DNA of 64,000 bases. It comes from Yuukianura sp. NJ FZ-2021 (lineage: Eukaryota). Position numbers and translations under genes: made by a program. The notes beneath the pieces are model-generated. The model worked only from the letters and a program-made list of their open reading frames with translations. It searched no databases and was not told the DNA's origin. The stretch lies in contig CM102289.1 in NCBI GenBank assembly GCA_046563655.1, positions 1,426,001 to 1,490,000 on the forward strand, read 5' to 3'. Shown piece after piece: positions 24,396-35,901 of this stretch; the stretch's first letter is position 1, and every line of letters starts with the position of its first letter.

Positions 24396-25969
24396 ATGGT
24401 TCATCAATTTCGATGTGGTTTTGTTCTTCTATTTATTTTTGTTTTACATTCTCAATACTTTTTTGGTGTCCTCAGTAGCGGAAGTTCAACCGTAAAACCG
24501 AAAACGAGACTACAATATTTTGAACTACGAAGACAAAAGCAAGTCGTAAGTATTTTCTTTTTTAAGGGGAGACATCAGGTCAATAAAAACAACGCCAAAG
24601 AGTGTTTTGTAGACATGGCAACGACTGAGAATTGCGAATTTAGAACTACGTAATCACGAAAAACCCGAACGGGTGGATTCTTTACGATTGAAATTTTGAA
24701 CAACTCTCAGGCTAACTCGCTAATCACTGTGTTAAATTTCAAATTTGAGAACCATTTGCCGTTTTTCTAAAACTGTCAGACGAAGAGGATGAGCCATTTC
24801 TTAGCCTCAATTCTCAGGTTGCCCTAACTCTTGGTGACGTAATACGAAATTGTAAATTGTAAACACAAAATTCGTGGACTCTGACCCAATCTACTGGTGC
24901 ACTTCCTGACTGATTGGTAAGACCCTCAGAAAACTACGACCACACTTTTCGCATTAGCACACGCTAATAAACATCACACCGATGGACTATATGACGAAAA
25001 CAGGAGCCTTCGTCCAGAAAACTTAGGTTTTCTGGATTTCCGCGGGGATTTCAGAAACATCTTCCAGAAAACCTAAGTTTTCTAGCCTTAGGGTCCTGTT
25101 TTCGTCATATAGTCCATCGGTGTGATGTTTATTAGCGTGTGCTAATGCGAAAAGTGTGGTCGTAGTTTTCTGAGGGTCTTACCAATCAGTCAGGAAGTGC
25201 ACCAGAAGTCTTATGGGGAATTAGGTAATAAGCGAATCTGTCCATCGTAATCTTAATTAGGTTTTTCAAATGCCTAAGTTGTAGTTTGTAAATCATACTT
25301 CAAAATTTGTATAAGAAAACTTGAATTTTCAAAACGTTATGAACCATAACCTAAACCTACCACTTTTTAGCATAATCTGCAACTTTTTCCATTTTCTAAA
25401 CAGACCACGTCACTGCCTAGCCCATCTCCAACATCAACACGGAAACAAAAAACGACGACTGAAGCCACGGTAGACGATGAAGAAGTTGAAAAACCTCGCG
25501 TTTTTGGAAACGCTCGCGGCGGGGAACAAAGTTCAAACGAGCCGGAAGTTTCAGAATCCGAAGATTCAAAGGAAAAGTCAACCCCCGAAGTAACTTCCAA
25601 AAGGACTAAACCTACTTTGAATGGACGTCGAAGCTACTTGGAGTACTTCCGTCCCGGAGCTCGAAACAAGGTCGGGGCTCGATTCTTGTCAAAAGCAAAT
25701 TGCCAATTTTTTAAAACTACTTTTTAAAAGTTGTTTGGTGTGATTTTTAGTCAAGTCCGAGAACGACTACTACAAGAGCTCCAAGAAAATCCAAACCGAG
25801 GGAAGAATCTAACTCAAATGCTTCAGCTCCACCTAGTGGCTGCAGTGAATGTCGGTTTTACTGCAAACAGTGTCGTGGAACTGAAGAAGTTTCTACTGGC
25901 GGAGTATGGGGATGCTGCAACCATAACTGTTGTGGCGGGAGGTGTAGTTGTCAAAAAGTTCAAATTTGA
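24396..25969 (+). CDS. Secreted S/T/E-rich protein with a C-terminal 10-Cys domain (exons 24396-24545, 24613-24649, 24780-24817, 25404-25670, 25751-25969)
   Basis: Signal peptide MVHQFRCGFVLLFIFVLHSQYFFGVLS and phase-consistent GT-AG exons. Last exon encodes ...GCSECRFYCKQCRGTEEVSTGGVWGCCNHNCCGGRCSCQKVQI*. The two small middle exons are less certain. Confidence 0.72.
24894..25205. repeat. Intronic palindrome / MITE-like element: 112-bp inverted arms plus an inner 21-bp inverted pair
   Basis: 24894-25005 is the reverse complement of 25094-25205; inner pair agaaaacttaggttttctgga / tccagaaaacctaagttttct. Confidence 0.9.
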
Positions 25970-26422
25970 AAAAAAAAGTTCGAAATGTTCAGAATCTGAA
26001 CAACTTACTTAATTAGTTTACTACAAACTTGATTCTATTTGATTATACTATTTTTAAATTTGAAGAGAAAAATTTTTGTACAATTTGCAACCTGAAATAA
26101 TAGCAAGCAGTATTTTGCTGTTTTCAAATTTCTAAAATTTTTGTGAAATTCGTTCTCGCTTCAACAGTTGCAAAATGAAGAGTCAATTTTATTTAAATTG
26201 TATAAAGCAAATTGGATAGCAATTTTTTTTGCACATTTAATTATTGGATGAAAACGTAAACAACATTGGAAATTGCAAAATTATAGAACATTTTAGGTAT
26301 TGAGGAAGTTGTAAAAAAAAAAACAAAGTTTAAGTTTAAAATTAAAGTAAAATGGTGCCAAAATTTAAATAGTATACAAAGTGAAACTGCCGGAAGTAAC
26401 TTTGTCGGTTACTTAAATCCAT

Positions 26423-27076
26423 TCATGGCCCTGGTGTTGGGTACTCGCATTTCTGTGGTTTGTTGACCGACTTGCAAGCGTCTTTTGCAGAAACAAATTC
26501 AGGACAGAAGCAAATGGCCTGGTAGTTTTCAGCGTTGAAGAAAATTTGTGATAGTGCGTTGAGCACGGATTCATGTCCAGCAAGGTTCAGCGCTAATGTC
26601 ACCGCATTTACCAGTTTTCCATCTTTACAGACGATTGTAGGCGGATGACAACTTTGGTTACAAACACATTTGGCAACACCCAGAGCTTCTTCAACAGCAA
26701 ACAGAGTGTCTGCAGCGAGTTTTAGCAGAGAACTCTCAGTGTTCGTACTTTTGTCAAACACGCAGACGTCAAATCCATTATTTCCCAAGAGTTGCGCATT
26801 ACAGGTTTTGGCAGGCGTGGCTAAAATAAAATAATATATAGTATAACATAATATAAGTTGTCCAATTAACACACTTTTTGCACTTAATTGTCAAATATTA
26901 CTACATCACATATTGCATAGCACTTTAAAATATTACATGATTACATATTATATAATTTGTGAGCATGTTATGTTAAAACAAACTTGAAACTTACAACCTC
27001 CCCCTCCTACCATAACCGACGCTCGCGTTAGTGTTGAAGATGCTAAAACTGCAAGGAGCAAAACTGCCGTCGCCAT
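26423..27076 (-). CDS. Secreted 10-Cys protein, family copy 2 (exons 27076-26995, 26820-26423)
   Basis: Signal peptide MATAVLLLAVLASS, same intron position, conserved Cys pattern ending NKPQKCEYP. Confidence 0.87.
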
Positions 27077-27586
27077 GGTTTCCGTAGTAGCGTTCCTGAA
27101 CTGAAATTTTGAAAAAGCGCGAATTTTTTGTTGCTGCTACTGCTTGAGTCCCGACTTCCAACTGAAAGTTTTTTCGAACTTTTTCTTTATAAAGTCAAAT
27201 TCGGACGCTCAGACAAACGAAAAAGGTCATTTCAAAAAAGTTTATTTTTAAAAAAAGTGTTAAAAAGATCCTTTGTTTTTGAACAAAACTTTTCAGGGTT
27301 TGGTAAAATTTTAAGCTTTATCTTGGTAATGCGGTGTCTATTTTCACGTTTTTCGGAAAAACTTTTTTTGTTGTCCCCGATGAACAATGAACAAGGAAAT
27401 GCGTTTCCTTTAGCCTTTAGCAAACTTTCAGAGAAGCAATTTTCCAAAACATTTATTAATTTTTATTAGAGAAAAAATTAAAAGATTTGCATTCTTGAAA
27501 AGAAAAAACAAGTAGAGTGGCACGAAATTTGAATTTTGAAAACTACAATTGATGGAAGTGGCACAACTTTTAAGTTCACTTTTATT

Positions 27587-28205
27587 TCATTTTTCTTCTG
27601 TGGAATTTGGATACTGGCATTTCTGTGGATTGGGGACCGGTTTGCAAGCATTTTTCGGCGAAACGTGTTTTGCACAAAAGCAGTGCAGCGTGTAGTTTTC
27701 AGCGTGGAATATAATTTGTACCAGTGCGTTTAACACGGACTCATTTCCAGCAAGGTTCAGTGCCAATGTTAACTTATTGATCAAATTTTGATCTTTACAG
27801 ACGACTGTTGGCGGAGTACAGTTTTGGTTGCAAACACATTTTGCAAGACGCATAGTCTCCAACACAATGCCCAAACTGTTTCCAGCAAGCTTCCCAAGAG
27901 AACTCGGAGTGTTTGTACTTGAATCAAACATGCAGGCGTCATATCCGTTGTCTCCAACCAAAGCAGGATCACATGTCTTAGGGGGCGGAGCTAAAATAGA
28001 ATTTATATCTAGCAATATATATTACATATTCTACTGCAACATGTTGCGTAGTACTGTTACGTTAAATAGATAACATTATTAGAGTAATAAATAATAAGTT
28101 TATTTAACATATTTAGAACTTACATGTGCGTGCAATGGCTTCAGCCGATGTTAACGTCAATGCCCAAGATGCGAGAACAGCAAGGAGTAAAAATACTGTT
28201 GCCAT
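27587..28205 (-). CDS. Secreted 10-Cys protein, family copy 3 (exons 28205-28124, 27990-27587)
   Basis: Same two-exon structure and Cys pattern. Confidence 0.87.
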
Positions 28206-28544
28206 GGTTTCTGTAGTAGCGTACTGGACTCAAATTTTAAAAGTGGCAAATTTTTTGTTGCTGTCTCCTGAAAAAGTTACCGTAACCTAAATCGCGTATT
28301 TTCCAGCAATTGCTGTAAGACACTACTAAAAGTTTAACCTTTACCTTGAAAATTTCATTCATAATTTCATTGTTTAATTACTTACATTCTCTATAAAGAA
28401 AACCTTTACAATACTCTTTTACAATACTAAAATTTTTCAAATAATGAACAAAAAACAGACTTTACAAAAACTATTCAAACTTTCATCAAAATTTTTATTA
28501 AAGAAGCAATAATTTATTTAATAGCTTGAAGAGGATCGCAGTAT

Positions 28545-29140
28545 TTACTGCCCTGAACTCGGGTATTCGCATTTTTCAGGATTGGCGACAGGTTTACAAG
28601 CGTCTTTTGCGGAAACTTGTTTTGGGCAGAAGCAATGTACTGCGTAGTCTTCAGTATTGGCAAGTATTCGTACTAATGCACCAAAAACATCCTCGTGACC
28701 TTCCAACTCCAGTGCCAATGTCAACAAATTGACCAATTTCCCATCTTTACAAACGAGTTGTGCTGGATGACAACGTTGGTTGCAAATACATTTCGCAACA
28801 CCCAGAGCTTCTTGAACTGTTAGCATAGTGTTTTCTGAGATCTGCACAAGCAAACTCTCAGTGTTGGCGTTTGAGTCAAAAAAGCATGTGTCGTAGCCAT
28901 TCATTCCGAACAAAGTGGCGTTACATGTGGTAGAATGTAGAGCTAAAACAAAAAATTACAACACATAATTGATTTTGAATAGCATAATATGACTGTTACT
29001 TTTTTTGAATAGCAAATATTCTAACTCGAATATTATTTCAAGCAAAAAATGTACTTACGTTTGTTTCCAGTCAGAAGTTCACTTGAAGTTACCACCCAAA
29101 CTGTCATAGCCGCAAAAAGCGTCGGGGATACTGTCGCCAT
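28545..29140 (-). CDS. Secreted 10-Cys protein, family copy 4 (exons 29140-29059, 28942-28545)
   Basis: Same two-exon structure and Cys pattern. Confidence 0.87.
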
Positions 29141-29864
29141 GGTTTCCGCAAAGTTTTTAAAATTTGTAGCTTAATAAATAGTGGGTAATTAGTTGTTGCT
29201 GCTACAAGTTCAGTTTTGGAAATAAAATTTCTAACTTTCAAAGGTCAGAATCAAAAGTTTTCTTTGAAAAAAAGAAAAAAATGATTTTAAAGAAGAATGT
29301 TTTTGTTCAGAACCCACAGTTCTTCGTTTTTACTAGAACTAAACAGAATTTTAGCAATTTTTTTACCCACTGATTGAAATTTATGTAGTTGTTCAACTAT
29401 TGCCTTGTGAAGTCTTTTGTTGCAATACAAATACAACAGTATGTATTTCAAAAACCAAAAGTCATTTTAAAAAGTTTTTAAAAAATTTTCCACTAACCTC
29501 GCTGAAAAATCTATTGCTTATGATGAAAACTTTTAAACGCAAATACACACTCAAAAGTTTCGTGGAAAACCTTTTTTGAACAATGTAAAAATGCTTTGGA
29601 AGAAAAGTAGTAATTCTAAAAACGAAACTGAAAAGTCAAATTTTGGAACAGTTTTTTCACATATCCAATTGTGCTACTTTTTTGTTTATTAATATATAAC
29701 TAACGTAGAACCCTAACATAACATAGCAATTGAATTGAAATTGTAGCAAGTTAAGTACCAAATGTAACGTACACATCAAGTTTGTGACTACAACAACATT
29801 TTTGTGTTACAAAGGTAAAATGGCGTCAAAATCATATTCAAAAAAAAACTTCCGAAACCGAGCT

Positions 29865-30535
29865 TCATGATCGGGAATTTGGATACTCGCATTTTTGTGG
29901 GTTAGCAACTGGTTTGCACGCTTTCTTTGCTGGAACGTGTTTTGGACAGAAGCAGTAAAACTGGTAGTTTTCACTGCTATACATGATTTGCGCCAAAGTG
30001 TTGTACACAGACGCATCTCCGATTTTGAGGGCCAATGCCAACTTACTCACCAAATGGCCATCTTTACAGACGAGTTGTGAAGGACGACAACTTTGATTGC
30101 AAACACATTTTGCAGCATGCAAAGCTTCTTGAACAGTAAACAGAGCCTTTGCTGCCATTGTCATAAAAGTAGTCGCAGTAGTATTACTTGAGCCCAACAA
30201 GCAGATATCGTATCCATTTTTGCCAAACAGATTCCCATCACACGTTTGGGGGCCTAAAATTGATTAAAATATAGTATAACATAATTTAATTGGTTCAATT
30301 AACACATTTGCTGGTTGCCAAATATTACTACGTAATAAATATTACACAATCACATATTAAATCATTTATACTTCTCATATTACGTCATATTGCATAGTAG
30401 TAATACACTAATTAAATTACATTATTACATTAAGATTAACTATATTTACAACTTACGTTTGGCTCTCCTGGCTTCAGTCGATGTCAATGTCAAAGAAAAA
30501 GCGAGAGCTATGAGGAGTAACGATACGGTCGTCAT
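29865..30535 (-). CDS. Secreted 10-Cys protein, family copy 5 (exons 30535-30457, 30253-29865)
   Basis: Same two-exon structure and Cys pattern. Confidence 0.87.
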
Positions 30536-31323
30536 GGTTTCCGTAGAAGCTAGTTAATTTTTGAAATCAAGTTTGTTGTGTGCTTTTTGAAAAAAATTAA
30601 AATTCTTTATTTATGAATATAAGCTATAAAAACTTACTGGAATTTTAACCTTGTACGTTGATAATCTCGTGATTAATTACTTATGCTTTACAGAAAAACG
30701 GCACTTTTTGAGCCTTACTAAATTTTTGAACAATAGACAACAAAAAGCTTTACAAAAATGACAATAACCTACGTCAACATTTTTATTAGAGAGGCAATAA
30801 TATTTTTCATTACAAAGCATATTGACCGCCTACCGTATTTGGATATACGAATTTTCTGGATTAGCTTTTTGAATGTTTTGTTAATACGTAGGAGTCAAAT
30901 GCATTAAGAAGGAAAAAGAGCGTCTCCAAAAGTAAATTTTGAACGAATCTCACACGGAACTTGTATTCATGGCAATTTTTTTTCTTACAACCTAACTACT
31001 TCGTGCAGAACCCCGAAAGTTTTTGAGCAGTTTTCAAATTTAGTAAATTTAGTAAAAAATTTCCAAAACGTTTTCTACCGAAAAATTATCGGTGCCGAGT
31101 CGAATTGTACTGCAGTTTTCTATAAAAAGTTTTATTTGGATACAAACGAAACCAAAGTTAAAAACCAAACATGAACTAATCCAACTGAAATTTAAAGAAG
31201 GGAAAACACAAAGTCAAAAGTTAGTTGCTCAACAGCCTTTAAATGTTAATAAGATTTAAAAAAAATTCAGCAAATGAAGAAAATGGCGCCAAATTTGATA
31301 CATTCGAAAAAGAAATTCAGAAT

Positions 31324-32166
31324 TCAAGCTTCATGGTCGGAGTTCGGATACTCGCATTTTTCTGGGTTGGCGACTGGTTTGCACGCCTTTTTTGCTGAAA
31401 CTTGTTTTGGACAGAAGCAGTAAATCTGGTAGTTTCCAGTGTTGTAGAGCATTTGAGCCCAAGTATTGTACACAGACGCATCCCCAACCACACGCCCCAA
31501 TTTCAACGTAGTCAGCAAATGTCCATCTTTACAGACGAGTTGCGAAGGACGACAACTTTGATTGCAAACACATTTTGCAGCATGCAAAGCTTCATTGATA
31601 GTAAAGACAGCGTTTGAGTAGAGTTTTATAAAAGAACTGGTTGGAGTCGAACTGGAGCCCATCGCACAAATGTCAAATCCATCCTTGCCAAACATAGTCG
31701 CATCACAAGTTTGAGCAGCTAAAATAAATTAACATAGTATAACAGAATTTAATTAGTTCAATTAACGCATTTGTTGCCAAATATTAAATGATTACCACAC
31801 CTGTCAAAAATATTTACCAAAAACCAGTAGATCATTTACGGACATAATATTAAGGGCGTGGGTGAATAAATAAATATTCAGTAACAAAAGAACTGAAATA
31901 TTGATTTTGTTCATTACAGGCGTGAGAACTAAATATTTTTGGCAGGCCTAATAATTAAGTATTAAATATTACACCATCACATATTAAGTCGTTGCATATT
32001 TCATATTAGTATGACATTAATTGTATAAATTATATTAAATTGATTAAAATTAAACATACTTGCATTACGTGTTTAACTTACGTTTGCCTCTCCTGGCTTC
32101 AGTTGATGTTAACGTGAATGCCCAAGAAGAGGCGAGAGCTATGAGGACTAACGATACTGTCGTCAT
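31324..32166 (-). CDS. Secreted 10-Cys protein, family copy 6 (exons 32166-32082, 31718-31324)
   Basis: Closest to copy 5; intron enlarged by an insertion. Confidence 0.87.
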
Positions 32167-32802
32167 GGTTACCGTAGTGACGTAGCTGGACTTTAAAATT
32201 TGTTTCCGCTTTGTAAAAAAGTTTAAAAATACTTTCTTTTTTTTAATTTTGAATAAAAGCTTTTACAACTCACTAATAAAAGTTTGACCTTTAAGTTGAT
32301 AATCTCTTGTTTAATTATTTATGCTTTACAGAAAATCTACAGTTTTTAAACCCTACTAAAAATTTTGAACAATGGGCAAAGAAAGCCGTAACAAAAACGA
32401 AACTAACCTTTGTCAAAATTTTTATTAGAAAAGCAATAATATTTTTCTGTAGTTACCGATTGTAATTCATTTGTTCTGGAATTCCTTTTTGATTTTTTTG
32501 TTAATACGTAGGAGTAAAGCGCAATGAAAAACGAAAGCGCTCTTTCGAATAGTATACTTTGCACCAATTCCACACAAAAAAAGGGATAGACATAACAAAG
32601 AGTTAGAATTCAAACATGAACTAAATGAATTGAAATTGGATAAACGGACAACACAAAGTCAAAAGTTTAGTTGCTCTAGATTAAAAACTTGATTTCCATT
32701 TCATTAAAAAACCTTATTGAGTAAATGGTTCAAATTCCGTCAAATTTAACAGAGTCAAACGGGAAATTGAAAAATTAATTTTAATTTTTCAGTTTCTCGT
32801 GT

Positions 32803-33422
32803 CTATGCTCGGGAATGTGGATACTCGCACTTTTGTGGATTGTCGACTTTTTTGCAAGCATCTTTAGCCGAAACTAGACCTGGACAGAAGCAGTAAAACT
32901 GGTAGTTTTCAGTCTGGTAGATGATTTGCGTTAGTGTCTCGAGCAGACCCTGGTAACCAGCAAGATGTGTTTCAAGTAGCAGCCAGTCCACCAATTTTCC
33001 ATCTTTACAAACGATTTGTGATGGATGACAACTTTGGTTGCAAATACATTTTGCAATACCCAGAGCTCCTTGGACTGCAAAGTCAGGGTTTCCCAGAATA
33101 GCCAGAAGAGTACTCTCTGTATTCGTACTGGAGTCCATCACGCAGATGTGAAATCCATTATCGCCAAACAGAGTTGGGTCACATGTTGCGGGAGGTTGGC
33201 CTAAAATAAAATAACATTTTATATAATTAAATAACTAGTTTTTAATAGCATAATATCTTAATATGTTACTGCTGTTGAGTTGAGTAAAATATTTCCATCC
33301 AAATACTATTTTAAACATTTTAACCATAAAATCAACTTACTTTTGTTTCTCGCCAAAAATCCACTTGAAGTTACCGTAGAAACCGGAAGAAACGCAAGAA
33401 GTACGAGGGATACTGTCGCCAT
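32803..33422 (-). CDS. Secreted 10-Cys protein, family copy 7 (exons 33422-33341, 33200-32803)
   Basis: Same two-exon structure and Cys pattern. Confidence 0.87.
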
Positions 33423-34044
33423 GGTTTCCGGAAAGTGGCTCAAATTTGGAGTTTAGGAAAGAGTATTTTTTTGTTGCTGATGCTACAAGTTTAGTTTTGG
33501 AACTGAAATTTTGAAGATTAAGTTCGAGTGAATAGTTTTTTCGAAAAACTAAAACCAAATGGCAAAAATAGTTGTTTTAAAAAAATACTATTTTTGTTCA
33601 GAACCCAAATTAGTTCGTTTTTTTATTACAGCAAAAAAAAAACGTTTATAAAATTTTGTACTAATCCTGTGTGTGAGTGGACACTTCATGAAAAAGCTCC
33701 ACGTTCGAAAAATTTTTAGAACAATGTAAAACGACAATGTTAAGAACATAATTTCAAAAAGTACCAAGAACCATAACCCCCCAAGTTGGATTTTGTGCTC
33801 ATTGTTAGTTTATTTTCGGTTACTTTTTTGCCTCAAAAAAGCTTTTTTCATAAAAAAGGTTTTGCTAGCTTAAGAAAATTCGTCCTGTGTATTGCCAGAT
33901 GTCATTCCTACTCACTTGCTTTAGCGTGTCTGGCCACTTGTGAAGTAGCGTACAAAGGAGTTAGGTTTAACCTGACTCAAAGCATATAATATAAATATAA
34001 TACATTATAAGACATATTAATATTATTTACCCAACATCATATTT

Positions 34045-35089
34045 ATGGATAATTCTCTACAAAGTCATATTGGAAAGTGCACAGCTACGCTCACGGGAAC
34101 TCTCACTTATAAGAATGTACAATGGTTCCTCGTCCACAATAGACGGGAAGCACATATTCGGATTTGCTTCATTCTTCCGGAGGCAATTGGTGGTAAGTGA
34201 TTGTTTGCATTAAAATGTAATAAGTACGGAAAGCTACTTCATATTGTCCAGTTCTATGCGCCTCTCCAAGGTTCCTTGACACCGAAAAGTTAATTCTCTC
34301 TAACTTTTCGGGAAGAGGTTAAGTAGTACCTTGTAGTTTGGATTCACTTGTATTGTAATTCGGATTGTCTGCCAATATTGGTACCAATTTTTGTTTTTTC
34401 ATTTTTTTGTCAACAAGTGAGGTAGTACTTAACCTCTTCCCGAAAAGTTAAATAAAATTAAATTTTTGTTGGCAAGGAACCTTTGTGCCTCTCCGTCAAT
34501 CCGTCTGTTTGTCTGTCCGACATTTGTATCTGCTTGGCGGTAAATAGTCGATTTTGCTTCCAGGTTGTGCACCACATGTTTATTTCGCTACTTACTATAC
34601 TTCGTTTATAACGGGTTATTTATTAGAAAATTAGTATATTATGAAATGTAATGCTAACGTTTGTTTTAGGAAAGTCTGTCATTGGTTTCACCTTCGGTGG
34701 ACTGAATAACCCAAATACTTTAACCTCCTTAGGAAAATGCTCACAACAATATCGTATTCAGCAAGTTCTGAAAGGAGAGGTTGATGTGGTGACAGTCAGA
34801 TTCAAACCTTACGGTAAATCCAAAATTTTATGAAGACAAAATTTCAGCGACTTTGGTTATATGCGTAACAAATTGTAGCCAATTGTTTTTCCGTTAAAGA
34901 TGCTAATAGCATGAAGGAGCTCTTGTCTCGTTACACCTTGCTCGGTTACATTCTAGAAAATGTAAGTTTTTTTAACCATTTTTGCCAAATGGAGAAAAAT
35001 TTTATGAGAAACGTATTAACATATCATTTTTATTCGTTTTTGTGTTGGGTGGCGTAAAGATCACCTCGACCTCACATCGAGGGTTTTGA
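34045..35089 (+). CDS. Orphan 127-aa protein, paralog 1 (exons 34045-34192, 34670-34813, 34900-34961, 35060-35089)
   Basis: MDNSLQSHIGKCTATLTGTLTYKNVQWFLVHNRREAHIRICFILPEAIGGKSVIGFTFGGLNNPN...MKELLSRYTLLGYILENITSTSHRGF*. Exon sizes 148/144/62/30 mirror paralog 2. Confidence 0.78.
34268..34483. mobile_element. MITE with ~65-bp imperfect TIRs and an 11-bp target-site duplication
   Basis: Ends aaggttccttg...caaggaacctt; flanks tgcgcctctcc (34257-34267) and tgtgcctctcc (34484-34494). Confidence 0.8.
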
Positions 35090-35901
35090 ATTGGCGGAAA
35101 ATCTGTAACAACGGAATGAGAGGACAGGCAGAATGGAAGGCTTTGTTTTTGAAAAACTAAAAACCAAATGGAAAAAATCATGTTCAGAATAGAATTTTTG
35201 TTTAGGACCCTGACAAATTCCTTTTCCTCTTTAGAGCAGAAAAAATTTAGTACTCAACGATAATGCTAATCCAGTCTGAACGTGAACATTTCACGAAAGA
35301 ATTCCACATTGGAAAAATATTTTAAAACAAAGTAAATTAAAAATTTTCAAAAAATGATTTCAAAACAACCAACAGGTTGGTCCCCAAAATGAATTTTGTT
35401 TCACCCTTTTCGTTTACTTCTGACAAATGCTTTTCGGACTTGTGTTGAATTTGGAAGAAAAGTCGTCAACTTTTTTAAAAAGTATTCACCTTTTTCAGAA
35501 AACGGTACATTTTTTGAGAAAGTTTTAGTATTTGCATCGACTAATATTTTATCCAAGGTAACAAAGGCGAACAAAGTAATTTGGAAAACTCCTGCTCAAA
35601 ATTCTTTTGCTTCTACTATACCCAATTGTTCCTTAAAACGCAAAGATGGATAGCTTTTCCGTTTTTTTCACTCAACGCCAATGCTAATCCTGTCTGCTTA
35701 TTATAATATTATAAATTATTATAATGAATTAACTTTTAAGTTTTAATCGATTTCAGTTTTCATGTGGTTACTAGTTTCCTGTTAATTTTAGCGGATGATA
35801 TTGTGTAGTTTAGATTAGTCAATTTTAACTTCCCAGCATAAGTAAGGGTTAATTAAGAATACAAGCATAAAGTAGGTATTGTCACACCCAAAATCCCCAC
35901 A

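Noticed and set aside
25731..26012. 93-aa ORF from the track (QVRERLLQELQEN...)
   Set aside because: The splice phase from the previous exon selects another frame, which encodes the Cys-rich domain.
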